Shown here: positions 14,112-27,234 of the stretch, one piece after another
How positions within the stretch are numbered: position 1 is the first letter of the stretch
Layout: the number at the start of each line of letters is the position of its first letter
From: Eledone cirrhosa
Taxonomy: Eukaryota
Direction of reading: 5' to 3'
DNA length: 64,000 bases
NCBI GenBank assembly: GCA_964016885.1
Contig: OZ024751.1
Span: 19,964,001-20,028,000, forward strand
Translations under genes and position numbers: made by a program
The notes under the pieces: generated by a model
Database searches by the model: none
Seen by the model: only the letters and a program-made list of their open reading frames with translations
Told to the model about the DNA's origin: nothing

Positions 14112-14320
14112 TATAGGAACGAGTAGGACCCCGACGGCTGAGCTGAAGCCGTTTTGACGGCTAATTCTGGACTAAATCAGTCCAGAATTAGCCGTCGAAA
14201 CGGCTTGAGCTCAGCCGTCGGGGTGCTACTCGTTCCTATTACCCACTCTACTACCCTAAGTATTGAGTACTTTGGTGCGTTATGGTCCACCTGGTTCCTT
14301 ACCACATTTCCTTCGTTATA
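14112..14320 (+). mobile_element. Family C pLTR-like fragment with inverted head (half hammerhead)
   Basis: Inverted arms 14112-14172 and 14179-14239. Contains GAAA-CGGC-TTGAGCTCA-GCCG-TC. The same tail occurs at 19014, 19408, 43795, 53200, 54131 and 58388. Confidence 0.75.
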
Positions 14321-14358
14321 TATATACATATATATATAACTTTCTATCTACCTACCTA

Positions 14359-14468
<110 letters not shown>

Positions 14469-14587
14469 AATTTTAGTACAGCATTAACGAAGCTTTAGGT
14501 TGCGGCCAAGCTAACGAATGCAAATTCGGTATATATATATATATACAATATTAAATAAATGGAAAACTATATTTATAAAACCATATT

Positions 14588-14653
14588 TATTTCATTATAT
14601 ATATTTCGGGGATATCATATTAACAATATGCTATGCCTTCATCAGACAAAATA
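14588..14653 (-). ncRNA. Type-I hammerhead ribozyme (relative of the 4020 family)
   Basis: tattttgt-CTGATGA-aggcatagcatattg...aatatgatatcccc-GAAA-tatata-TA-atgaaata. Confidence 0.7.
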
Positions 14654-14813
14654 CAATATAGACAGTTTTATAGATAAATATATTCGACATACCGTAATAA
14701 ACATCAACTTCATTTGAAATATTGTAAATATACTCCAAATATTTGTCGAGTGCTTTTATATCAGTTATAAATATTTACTAGTTGTAACCCAACAATTTTA
14801 AATATAACTTTAC

Positions 14814-14846
<33 letters not shown>

Positions 14847-15110
14847 AACACACACGCTATAGCAAGTGTCTTACATGAGAGGAGGAAACAGTCTGTTTAT
14901 ATTGCCCAGCTTTGAAAGACAGATTTTATTTCAACCTCCATCTTGAAACTACAGCTAGTTAGAGGAGAAAGGGGGGCTTTATGTATATTTATTCATGTAT
15001 TAATTTTGATTATTTTTTCTTCGTTTGTTTTTGTTTATGTCTTCGAGATGGGGTTAAGACCAAAGATGTAAATGAATGTAAATGTATGTGTAAAAGAGAG
15101 AGAGAGAGAG

Positions 15111-15258
<148 letters not shown>

Positions 15259-15940
15259 CGTGCGTGTGTGCGTGTGTATATATATATATATAAAATATAT
15301 ATATATTTAGAAATAGGTCTCGCCGTATATAGCGAGTTGTAAGAAACTTCAATGAACTAGTACTATCCTCGCAATTTCAAGGCTGAAACTCCCTTTAGAA
15401 ATGTTAAGATAATGCGAAACAAGCAAGGGACATAACTTGTGTATCCTGAACCGGCCTCAATCTTTTATATTTATGTAAGACAATACAGTGGAGGTGAGTA
15501 CCGCAACCAAAGTATTCTATACAGATAGCATAATTAGATTTGTTCTGAGTTGTAGTCATTAGTTTGGCAATAGTTTATCATCTAAGTTTTCTTTCACACA
15601 AGAAGAAACCTATATTTTTGTGGTATTGTCTAAATACTAATTTTGCAAAACCATTGAGAAATATATAGAATTATGTGAAACCGGTAAGGAATTTTTATTG
15701 TTTAAATGTTTTAAAAATACTCAAGTCCATTTTTAACTAAGGTTGAATTCAGTACAGAGGAATAATAAGGTACTTCCTTCTGTATTTGAAAGAAACGTTC
15801 GTAAATCTATTAAATAATTGTTTCTACTTTTAGCACAAGCCCAGCAATGATCCCAATGTATTACTGGTACTTTATTTTATCGACTCTGTAATGCTGAAAA
15901 GCAGAGTTAAGTAATTAAATCCTGGTTATTTTATTCCTTT

Positions 15941-15981
<41 letters not shown>

Positions 15982-16040
15982 GCACACACATACACATATA
16001 TATATATATATATATATATACTTATATATATTATACTTAT

Positions 16041-16195
16041 ATGGTGGCTGCCAACTCGTTTTCGTGTACGGCCACTACTTTATATCCATGTAGGAGAACC
16101 CCTAACGATGCGCTGAACGAGTATGACTTTTTAGTCCAGCCAGCGACTTGAAAACTCTGGTACAAACACTACACTTGTGACAATTATTGACACAT
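16041..16195 (-). mobile_element. (CATA)n-associated element, family A, short copy
   Basis: Matches 21682-21835. Confidence 0.8.
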
Positions 16196-16742
16196 CATAC
16201 TTATATACATACATATATACATTCATACATACATATGTGTGTGTGCACTTGACATATCTTTTAGCTAAATAATGCATACAATATGTTTTCACTCACTCAA
16301 CCTTAATTATTACATAAAGAATAATTTCACCATTTATATATAATACTATTTGACACCTCACATCAAGGAAAGTAACGATAGTAATACGACGGATTAAACT
16401 ATGGGATTTCACAGTAAATTTAGAACAAAATAACGTAACACACAAAGAGTGTATATATATGAATTGATTCATTTATAAACATATTCATCCTTTAAGGCTA
16501 TATGTGCTCCTACATGTTTCGTTCATTCATGTATAATTCATATGCATATGGCGTCTTATGTAATTTTTCTATAACAATTATTACCAAATTTCCAGCATTA
16601 ATTCCGGATATTGACTCAAATAAGAGGGTACGAGGGTACACTGAAAACTGAAAATTTCATAGTTTGACTATGAAGGAGTGACGTTAGGGTTGTGAAATCT
16701 TGCATTCATTATATGTGTGTGTGTGTTCGTACGTGTGTATGA

Positions 16743-16795
<53 letters not shown>

Positions 16796-16839
16796 AATTT
16801 CGTATATTCTTTAGATATACGAAATTCACATAAATATAA

Positions 16840-16945
16840 GGACAGACACAGGTCTGTTGGAGACGCGGGACATGGCAGCGATAATGAGGGACAGAGACCG
16901 CTGGAGAGAACTCGTCCATGGATCTCGGGAATTTTACCCGCCCTA

Positions 16946-16947
<2 letters not shown>
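16840..16947 (+). mobile_element. 3' coding end of an RTE-like LINE
   Basis: Translates as [29 protein letters not shown], matching the RTE C-terminal DTGL...AM.DR..WR pattern. Confidence 0.55.
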
Positions 16948-17027
<80 letters not shown>

Positions 17028-17151
17028 CAAGTCGTGCAAGCATAGAAAAGCGGACGTAAAAACGATAATGATGTTGTAAAATAAACATCATTTTGTCGTT
17101 CGTAGCATGAGAGTATATTGGTCAGCCTATGAACTTCTCAGCCGACTAATG

Positions 17152-17268
<117 letters not shown>

Positions 17269-17299
17269 CAATAATCAAATTTCAGTTTAAATCATTTAT

Positions 17300-17348
17300 T
17301 TGCTTACAATTGTTACCTCCAAACCGAGGTTTGGATTCTTCGGAGCAA
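17300..17348 (-). ncRNA. Degenerate type-I hammerhead
   Basis: ttgct-CCGAAGA-atccaaac-ctcg-gtttggag-GTAA-caattg-TA-agcaa, then AATAAA. All three stems are intact but the core has two substitutions. Confidence 0.6.
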
Positions 17349-17476
17349 CTATTTAGTGATCTATAACATACTTGACCTCCTTTTCAACACATCTTTCACT
17401 ATTTGGGGTTTGTATAAAAAAGATATATAACCATAAAAGGTTTTATTATATACATAACCATAAATAGTATCCTTAA

Positions 17477-17521
<45 letters not shown>

Positions 17522-17600
17522 AATAAATGCATCGAGAGAGCTCAGCCGCCGAGGTCCCGACTCTTTCATATATATTATATATATTATATATATATATATG

Positions 17601-17649
<49 letters not shown>

Positions 17650-17696
17650 TTATATACGCAATATATATGATATATGATATGATATGCTGTGCTGTG

Positions 17697-17733
<37 letters not shown>

Positions 17734-18442
17734 ACTATTTTTTCTTGCCTGCTGTGTGTCATGAACTAGATAAGACCTCTATAACAACATATGTTTCACA
17801 GGCCACAATTACCCAACTGGGAATCCGTAAACGGCTACTCCCGGTGATCTAGGAATAATATTTGTTTTATCATAAAAATCAAAAGATAAATTTTTACAAA
17901 AAATGTTAGGAGTAGGCATGAGTTCTGTATACATAAGTGCAGAACCTCAAAACTGTAATTTCAGAATCGAAACCCCTCCTATAGTTATATCTTTGAGAAT
18001 CATAACAAAACCCCCTGAACTGAAATATATAGGAAGTGGTATGGTTTACATGAGGCGTTGTGAAATACGTGTGGTTAGGATTGTTTTGGTGGAAGGCGGT
18101 TCAATGCAAGTTAGAAATAAAAGAATGAAAACTAGAATAACGTAAGCAAAACAAAATCATGCAATAGTTCACACTTTTACCATATATTTCGTGATATTTC
18201 GGTGTTTCGACTCCCTTCTACCACCACACTCACTTTCCTTTCTTTTGAAAACGTGGTCATAACGCTGAAACATGAAATATAAGGAAGCCTTTTTCTTTAA
18301 ATATATTTCGGTTCACGCCATGCTTCTTTCTAATGGTATAGATACTCCTAATTAACTCCAGAAACTCATCGGACTGATTACCATATATTTCTCATTTTTT
18401 CGTTGCTTTATGTTTTGTTTTGTTCTTTATATTCTATAGACG

Positions 18443-18660
18443 ACGCAATATAGCCAAATGGTTAAGAAATTCTCTTAGCAATCATGAGATTCCACGTTCG
18501 ATTCCATTGCGCGGCATCTGAACAAATATTTCCCCATAGTCTCTGTACATGTAATTCAATGTCCATGAGAATTACATTAAAAGTACACTGGTCTGTTGTG
18601 TAATACCCAGCCTCTTACGCATTAATTTAACAAGTACGCCGTTATGTATGTAACAGGTCA
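18443..18660 (+). mobile_element. Degenerate tRNA-derived SINE
   Basis: A-box-like TAGCCAAATGG and B-box GTTCGATTCC. The tail is similar to 57570-57640. Confidence 0.55.
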
Positions 18661-18851
18661 ATACACAATAAAAATGTAAATATATGCAAACAAAACTTCA
18701 TCGTATTTTTTCTTACATATATGCATTCTGCCTGTACATAGTGTGCTTGTTTTGGTTCACCACCACCAGTAATTCACTGAGTCGCCTACACTATATATAT
18801 AAGTATGTTTTGAAACAGCGATAGAAATAGCTTTCGCCGTACTTTTTTACT

Positions 18852-18992
18852 AAAGAAATTTTAGCCTGATACTGAGGTTTAGAACCCTCTAAGAAATGGA
18901 AAAAGACGAGTATTGATGTACAAGTACGTCAATACTCATCTTTTTCCATTTCTTAGAGGGTTCTAAACCCCACTATCAGGCTAAAATTTCTT
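18852..18992. repeat. Fold-back inverted duplication (~68 bp arms)
   Basis: AAAGAAATTTTAGCCTGATA...GTAC-AA-GTAC...TATCAGGCTAAAATTTCTTT. Confidence 0.9.
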
Positions 18993-19013
18993 TTATATAT
19001 ATATATATATATA

Positions 19014-19160
19014 ACGAAGGAGTTGTGGTAAGATACCAGGTGGACCATAACGCACCAGGGTACTCAATACTTAGGGTAGTAGAGTGGGTAATTGGAAAAT
19101 AGTCAGGACCTCGACGACTGAGCTAGAACCCAGCCGTCGGGGTCCTGACTCTTTTCCTAT
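19014..19160 (-). mobile_element. Family C fragment with short fold-back
   Basis: Reverse complement of the 14200-14320 tail, with a fold-back at 19094-19160. Confidence 0.75.
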
Positions 19161-19407
19161 ATATATATATATATTTATTAAATATTTAATAAATATTTGC
19201 TCTACGGTTCTTATATATTTGATATATATTATCCTTATCGAGCCCTCTTTGGATTTTAGTCTTCAATTTTATTATTATTATTACTATAACTTTGCCTTTC
19301 ATCCTTACAGGGTCGATAAAATAAAGTACCAGTAATACACTGGTTTAAATTGCTGGCCTTGTGCCAAAAGTAGAAACAATTATTACTATATATATATATA
19401 TATATAT

Positions 19408-19600
19408 AACAAAGGAATTGTGGTAAGGAACCAGATGGACCATAACGCACCAGAGTACTCAATACTTAGGGTAGTAGAGTGAGAATAGGAAAAAGTATGA
19501 CCCCGACGGCAGAGCTGAAGCCGTTTCGACGGCTATTTCTGAACTCAATAGAAATAGCCGTCGAAACGGATTGAGCTCTGCCGTCGGCGTCATACTTTTT

Positions 19601-19605
<5 letters not shown>
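19408..19605 (-). mobile_element. Family C fragment with fold-back
   Basis: Arms 19486-19540 and 19550-19605. Confidence 0.8.
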
Positions 19606-19666
<61 letters not shown>

Positions 19667-19735
19667 ATGTTCCTCATTTCATTTGTTACTGCCGCTACTA
19701 CTACTACAACTACTACTAGATAATGGTGACGACGG

Positions 19736-19766
<31 letters not shown>

Positions 19767-19933
19767 ATTGACGACGGCAATGAGGAGGAGGAGGAGGAGG
19801 TGATCGGGAGCGGGCGGGAGTACGGCTACGTCGCCGACGACGGTAACGAGGCCGCTGTGCCGTTATTGTTGTTATTGTCATTAAGAAATAAAATGAAATA
19901 TTGAAGGTTTGATGACCTTATGATAACGTTGTT

Positions 19934-20456
<523 letters not shown>

Positions 20457-20744
20457 AATACAGAACTGTGTTGTGATAGTAATGAAATGGCTCCAGCGTT
20501 GTATGTTCTTTATTTAAAATAGTTTAGTGAGAAGAAAGAAGAACCAGCCATTTCCCATGACCTTAATAGCCCACTTCCCCACCCGAGACAGGTTTCACCC
20601 GACCCCTACCTCACCTCCATTCCGCCGATATGATTAATATTCAGTTTGAACATTCTTTTATTCTTTAACTGGTTTTTTCAGTCATTAGACTGCAACCATG
20701 CTGGGGCAACACGTTAGAGGAAATTTCAAGATCATATCTACCCC

Positions 20745-21082
20745 AGTAGTGGCGTTAGAACGTCGGGTAGAATGCTTTATTGTATTCATTCCGGTTCTCT
20801 CCTCTCTGAGTTCAAATCCAGCCGAGGTCAACTTTGATTTTCATCCTTTCGAGGTCGATAAAAAAAAGTACCAGTCTAGTACTACTGGGGTTGATTCTTC
20901 CTCTACATCTCTTTCTCATTTCCTCTCTTTTTTTACTCTCTTTATCTTTCTCTGGAAGAAATCTGCTGTACTCAGGCCTGGAGAAGAGATATGATATCCG
21001 GCTTTGCCCGGTTTAAAATGCCCAAGAAACGCCGTATATTAATACAGCACCCCTAAGACTCTATCAGGAGCCACGGGACTAT
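20745..21082 (+). mobile_element. SINE family 1 with extended 3' tail ending at (CATA)n
   Basis: GAGTTCAAATCC...TTTCATCCTTTCGAGGTCGATAAA...GTACCAGT. The tail is homologous to 63840-64000. Confidence 0.7.
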
Positions 21083-21096
21083 ACATACATACATAC

Positions 21097-22145
21097 ATGA
21101 TGATGATGACAGCCCCCTCGTTATCGAGTATGGCCACTGCACAATAAAACATAATTATAAATTAATTCTATCGTGCAATGCCTGTACATGAAGATAGACT
21201 GTGCGTGAGGATAGACTGTGCGTGAGGATAGACTGTGCACTGAGCCAGTCCCAGTTTCCTGAGTTGTCTTTTCCTACATACATACATACATACATACATA
21301 CATACATACATACGTACATACATACATACATACATACATACATACATACATACATACATACATACATACATACATACATACATACATACGTACGTACATA
21401 CATACATACATACGTACATACATACATGATGATGGCTGCCCCCTCGTTATCGAGTATGGCCATTGCACGATATACCATTATTAATAATTATTAATTAATT
21501 CTATCGTGCAATGCCTGTGCCTGAAGATATTTTTTAAAGTGAGGAAAGACAGTGCACTGAGCCAATCCCACTCTCTGGGCGACAGTAGCTATAACCCGAA
21601 AAGAATAAGAGATTAACATACATACATACATACATACATACATACATACATACATACATACATACATACATACATACATACATGGTGGCTGCCAACTCGT
21701 TTTCGAGTACGGCCACTACTTTATATCCATGTAGGAGAACCCCTACCGATGCGTTAAACAAGTGTGACTTTTTAGTCCAGCCAGCGACTTGAAAACTCTG
21801 GTACAAACACTACACTTGTGACAATTACTGACACATAGTGCTGGGCCCATGGTACCATGTGACGACAAGTGCAGAGAGATCTCCAGATATAAAGCAATGC
21901 CTGTGTCGTGAAGCTTTTATAGTGAGCAAAGGCACTGCACAAAGCCAGTCCCACTCTCTTAACCAAGATGATATTTACCAAAAAGAAGAACAAGTCAACA
22001 TCATTGGATACCATCAGGGTTGCAGATGTTATATCAGAGTTTTCCTTCTCCTAGAATTCTGCCTTGAAAAAGGCTAAGGGATCATCTCTCCCGGTGATTT
22101 TGGATGGCCATTGACTCTTAAGAGCTCCTTTGCCCTTTGACAGGT
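21097..22145 (-). mobile_element. Cluster of (CATA)n-embedded elements: B (21097-21274), B (21426-21617), A (21682-22145)
   Basis: Each has a fixed hairpin-bearing end and (CATA)n on both sides. The same set recurs at 49148-50270. Confidence 0.8.
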
Positions 22146-22329
22146 ACATACATACATACATACATACATACATACATACATACATACATACATACATACA
22201 TACATACATACATACATACATACATACATACATCTACCCCAGTACCTATATTCATATATCTACTTATCTGAGAGATATGGAGTTCGATTCCTCATAACCG
22301 GCCAATGACAACTTCTTTTACTATCTTTC

Positions 22330-22449
22330 GGAGTGGAGTTGGCCATCCGCAAGTGCGAGCTCCATGAGGTGGAGTGGTTGTTCCAGCGCGTCTCCTTCGC
22401 CGTCCTCCGGAGTAATGCATTCTCCATCATGTCGGACGTTAGTTGGTAG
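22330..22449 (+). mobile_element. 3' coding end of a CRE-clade (RLE) non-LTR retrotransposon
   Basis: GVELAIRKCELHEVEWLFQRVSFAVLRSNAFSIMSDVSW* matches the CRE C-terminal WLFQR+S.A+.RGNA..I motif. Confidence 0.65.
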
Positions 22450-22761
22450 TTCGGACGGCACTTTCACATATGTATTGAATACTGTAAAAAGACAATTTCC
22501 ACATTTTATAAGCTATTTTATAACATCTCCGCATATAAACACACCACTCATTCATTATATTAACTTTAACCCGTCAGCGCTTCGTAAAAGTCTGACAGAA
22601 CGGTTACGTATATACGATGTCTACATACGATGTTTGTTGACATTCAAAAGCTGTGAATTATTTGATAATTGAATTAGAAACTTTCACCGTATTTTTGACT
22701 ACAGAAATTAGTTTAATTACAGAGCGAGTGAGTTCTCTTTCCCCGAACGGAACGATAGGGT

Positions 22762-22834
22762 ATCGGCATACGTGTGGAACGAACCCACACCTCATGTTTG
22801 CCGGACAAGTGTGTTACCATTTACACCCCCACCC
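22762..22834 (-). mobile_element. tRNA-derived SINE head
   Basis: GGGGTGGGGGTGTAAATGGTAACAC...GTGGGTTCGTTCCACAC has A- and B-box-like motifs but no intact cloverleaf. Confidence 0.45.
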
Positions 22835-23029
22835 CAACACATCTCTTTCCGTTATATTTAGAAGATATAAATTAATAGCAATTAGTAAAGAAATCATGTG
22901 TGTATAGAAGACAACGAATGAAATCTGGAATTCGAATTAGAAGCATTCACCATATTTTTTACTACATTGTTATTGTTTTTGTTTGTTTGTTATTTGTTTT
23001 TTTGTCAACTCGAGGCAAGAGTAGAAGAT

Positions 23030-26000
23030 AATTGACTGGCTGATTGGTTGGCTAGATGGTGGAATGGTTGGATGGTTGGATGAGTGGAAGGTTTGTTGGT
23101 TGGCTGGTCGGCCCGTTAGATGTTTGGATGGTTGGATGAGTGGCAGGTTTGTTGAATGAAATGTTGGTTGGTTACAAGATTGGTTGGTTAGTTGGGTGGT
23201 TGGCTGGTTGATGGTTAACTTGTTGGTTAGTTGGATGGTTGGATGGATGGTTTGTTGGATAGCTTGCTGGATGGTTGGATGGTTGGATGGCTGGTTAGTT
23301 GGGTGGTTGGATGGTTGGATGGTTGACTGGATGGTTGGATGGTTGATTGGCTGGTTAGTTGGGTGGTTGGATGGTTGACTGGATGGTTGGATGGTTGGTT
23401 GGTTGACTTGTTGGTTAGTTGGATGGTTGGATGGGTGGTTTGTTGGATAGCTTGCTGGATGGTTGGATGGTTGATTGGCTGGTTAGTTGAATGGCTGCTG
23501 GTTGGATGGTTGTTTGTTGGTTAATGGATGAATGAGTTCAGTGGAAGAAGTGTGTTGAAGAAAATACTGAGAAGGGTGAGGTGGGGAGAAACTGTAGAGA
23601 GGTGACGATGGTTGTGGTAAGTGATAGGAAGGGCTTGATGACGAGGGGGGAGTGACAGTAATGACAGTTACTGTGGTGATGGTGATGGTGGTGGCAGCGG
23701 CGGTGTTCGTTGGGAGGGGCTTGATGACAAGGAGGGTGATAGTAATGGCAGTAAGGACGTTAGTGATGATGGCAGTTACAGTGGAGGGGTGGGTTAATAG
23801 TGGTTTTGATGTTGTTGTTGGTGGTGGTGGTGGTGGTGGTGGTGGTGGAAGTGGTGGTGTTGTAGTGGAGGTGGGGTTGATGTTGGTGGAAGGTGACAGT
23901 GGTTGCTGTTATTGTTGGTGGTGGTGGTGGAGAGTGGAGGGTGACAGTGGTTCTGTTGGTGGTAATAGTGGTGGCGTTGGTGTTGGTGGTGGAGGTAATG
24001 GCTGCTGTTGTGTTGGTGATAGTAACGATGGTGGTGGTGGTGGCGGCGGTTCTGGAGAGGTGGTGATGATGGTGGTGGTGGGGTTGTTTTGATGTTAAAA
24101 GGTGTAATAGGGAGGAGGAGGGGGGGGGAGATAAAGAAAATTAGGAAGTGGTGATAGTAATGTCTGTGGAAAGACCGACAGAGGTGGCGGCAGTATTAGT
24201 AGTAGGGGCAGTGGTAGAGGTAGTGGTAGTGGTAAGAGGAAGAAGGTGAGATGGGAAAACGGTAGTGTGATGTGAGAGGGAGGGAGGGGCAGTTGACTAA
24301 AAAAAGATGAGGACAGAAGGGGCGTAGTGACAGGTGTAATGGGGAGGAGGAAGTGGAGGAATTGGCGAAGAGTAGGTGGGAGAAGGTGAGGAGTGGTGAC
24401 AGTAGGGTGCTAGTAATGATAGTGATGAGAGAGGGTGGTAGGAGATGAAATGATAGTGGGGTGGCTGTGGAGGTATGTGTGTGTGTGGGGAATGTGTGTA
24501 CGCTCGTGTGTGTGTGTGCGTGTCAGAATGTGTGTGTGAATGTGTGTATGTGTGTGTGTCAGAATGTGTGTGTATGTGTGAATGTGTACGTGTGTGTGTG
24601 TGTGTGTGCGTGTCAGAATGTGTGTGCGAATGTGTGAATGTGTGTGTGTGTCAGAGTGTGTGTCAGAATGTGTGTGTGTGTGTGTGAATGTGTGTACGTG
24701 TGTGTGTGTGTGCGTGTCAGAATGTGTGTGTGAATGTGTGTATGTGTGTCAGAATGTGTGCGTGTGTGTGTGAATGTGTGTACGTGTGTGTGTGTCAGAA
24801 TGTGTGTGTGTGTGTGAATGTGTGTACGTGTGTGTGTGTACGTGTGTGTGTGTGAATGTGTGTATGGGTGTGTCAGAATGAGTGTGTGTGTGTGAGAGAG
24901 AGAGAATGTCTGTACGTGTGTGCCACAATGTATGTGTGTGATTGTGTGTACGTGTGTGTCAGAAAGTCTGTGTGAATGTGTGTACGTGTGTGTCAGAATG
25001 TGTGTGTGTGTGTGAATATATGTAGGTGTGTATCAGAATATGTGTGTGAATGTGTGTACGTGTGTGTCAGAATGTGCGTACGTGTGTGCCTGAATGTGTG
25101 TGAATGTGTGTACGTGTTTGTGAGAAGGTGCGTGTGTGTGTGAGAATGTGTGTACGTGTGTGTTTGCCTGTTCGTGTATGTGTGTGTACCTGTCTATGTA
25201 AATGTGTATATGTGTATGGTTGTTTGTGCTCCTGTATGTGTGTGTATGTGTATGTGTGCATTCTGTGTGTGTGTATGCATGTTAAAGGCACTCTAAATAT
25301 AACGTGTGTGTGTGTATGTGTTTGTATGCGTATGTGTGTTTGATTGCGTATGTGCGTGTGTGTATGTGTCTGTATGCGTATATGTGTGTGTGCATGTGTG
25401 TGAATGTGTATGCATGTGTATGAATGTTTTTTGTGAATGTGTGTATCTGAGTATGTGAGTGTATGCATGTTAAGGGCACTCTAAATATAACACGTGTGTG
25501 TGTGTGTGTACGTGAGTACGTGTCTATATGTACGTGTACATATGTGTGCATATGTGCGTGTGTGTATGAGTGAGCGTGTGAGTGTATCCATTTTAAATAT
25601 AACCCGTGTGTGTGTGTGTGTGTGTGAGTGTATGGGTATGTGTGCTTGTGTGTGTATGTGTATGTATGTGTATGTATCCATGTTTAGGGCACTATAAATA
25701 TAACACTTTAACGACTCACTCTGTCCCCCTTCAGAACATTTGATAATTGCCCTGGCGGCCAACATTTTAACAGGTAACCGGTGTAGACTAATAAATCAAC
25801 ACACACACCACCACCACCACCACCACCACCACCACCACCACCACCACCACCTACACAGCCACCACCATTAACAGCAGCAGTAACACCATCGCCACCACCA
25901 CTACCACCATCAACACCACCACCACCACTACCACCATCAACACACACACCACCACCACCACCACCACCACCACTACCACTACCACCACCACCACCTACAC

Positions 26001-26290
26001 TGCCACCACCATTAACAGCGGCAGTAACATCATCCCCACCACCACTACCACCATCAACACCACCACCACCACTACCACCATCAACACACACACCACCACC
26101 ACCTACACTGCCACCACCATCACCACCACCACCACTACCACTACTACTACCACTACCACCACCACCACCACCACTACCACCATCAACACACACACCACCA
26201 CCTACACTACCACCACAACCACCACTACCACTACCACCACCACCACTACCACCATCAACACACACACCACCACATAGACCACAACCACCA
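23030..26290. repeat. Low-complexity block: (TGGT/TGGA)n, (GGT)n, GT-rich GAATGTGTG repeats, (CAC)n
   Basis: Read directly. Confidence 0.85.
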
Positions 26291-26351
26291 AATTCTTTTT
26301 GCATCTTTGTGTTTTTGTTGACATTTCTTTAACTGTTTATTTTCAATGTAG

Positions 26352-26491
26352 TAATAATTTGTTCTACTTTTGGCACAAGGCCAGCAATCAACCAGTGCAT
26401 TACTGGTACTTTATTTTATCGACCATGTAAGGATGGAAGGCAAAGTTAACCTCGGCGGGATTTGAACTCAGATCTAAGTTCAAATCCCGCC
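26352..26491 (-). mobile_element. SINE family 1, 5' truncated, with a 38-bp fold-back at the break
   Basis: Reverse SINE core. Palindrome GGCGGGATTTGAACT-CAGATCTA-AGTTCAAATCCCGCC at 26454-26491. Confidence 0.75.
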
Positions 26492-26860
26492 TAGTAATAA
26501 TAAAAAGGAAGGAGGAAACAAAAGGAAAGAAAGAATAGGGAAATATTTATATTTTAAAAAAAAAGGAGAGATAGAAAGAAGAAAAAGAACGAGAAAAGGT
26601 GGGGATCGCAAGAGCTCTGGTATCGCAGAAGCGAGGGGCAGGGTGAGGCGGAGGGTGATGGGCTTTGGGCCTAGGGCAAGGGGGGAAGAAGTACTGCGCC
26701 CCGCTAATAAGACGGCGAAAGGATTCCCGCGGCCGATGGCCCAGTGACACCCGCTACAACGCTACAATAGCCACCCAACCTCGCGGGGCTCCCTCCTCAG
26801 ACGGGCTGCCGACGCTCCGATCTTGCGGAGGAGCTCGGCAGTATATATATATATATATAC

Positions 26861-26974
<114 letters not shown>

Positions 26975-27000
26975 GTATATATATATATATATATATATAC

Positions 27001-27074
<74 letters not shown>

Positions 27075-27234
27075 GGAGTGCTGCGTGGTTGCACATGGGT
27101 TACATATGAATAAAATTAGTCCTTCATCAGTGATCTTCCAACCTTCATTGGTATTTCATCGCTTTAAAAATCATATACCTCTGGTTGGTGCAAGCAATAA
27201 CTAAATAAAGTTATTGGGACAAGTAAAATAGGGT

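Noticed and set aside
16508-16525. Minus-strand GAAACATGTA-GGAG half-hammerhead
   Set aside because: No matching CTGANGA or stem I partner was found upstream.
21682-21720. HDV-like ribozyme at the fixed end of families A/B
   Set aside because: Only a hairpin with an internal loop can be drawn. No P1.1/P3/P4 arrangement or catalytic C context was found.
21772-22077. ORFs MVSNDVDLFF... and MLGPWYHVTT... recurring at 49-50 kb
   Set aside because: They recur only because the repeat recurs, and family B does not keep the frames.
22762-22834. tRNA gene
   Set aside because: The acceptor and anticodon stems do not pair properly. It is better explained as a SINE head.
27095-27135. Minus-strand CTGATGAAGGAC as another hammerhead
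   Set aside because: There is no GTCC-GAAA half, so it is too decayed to call.
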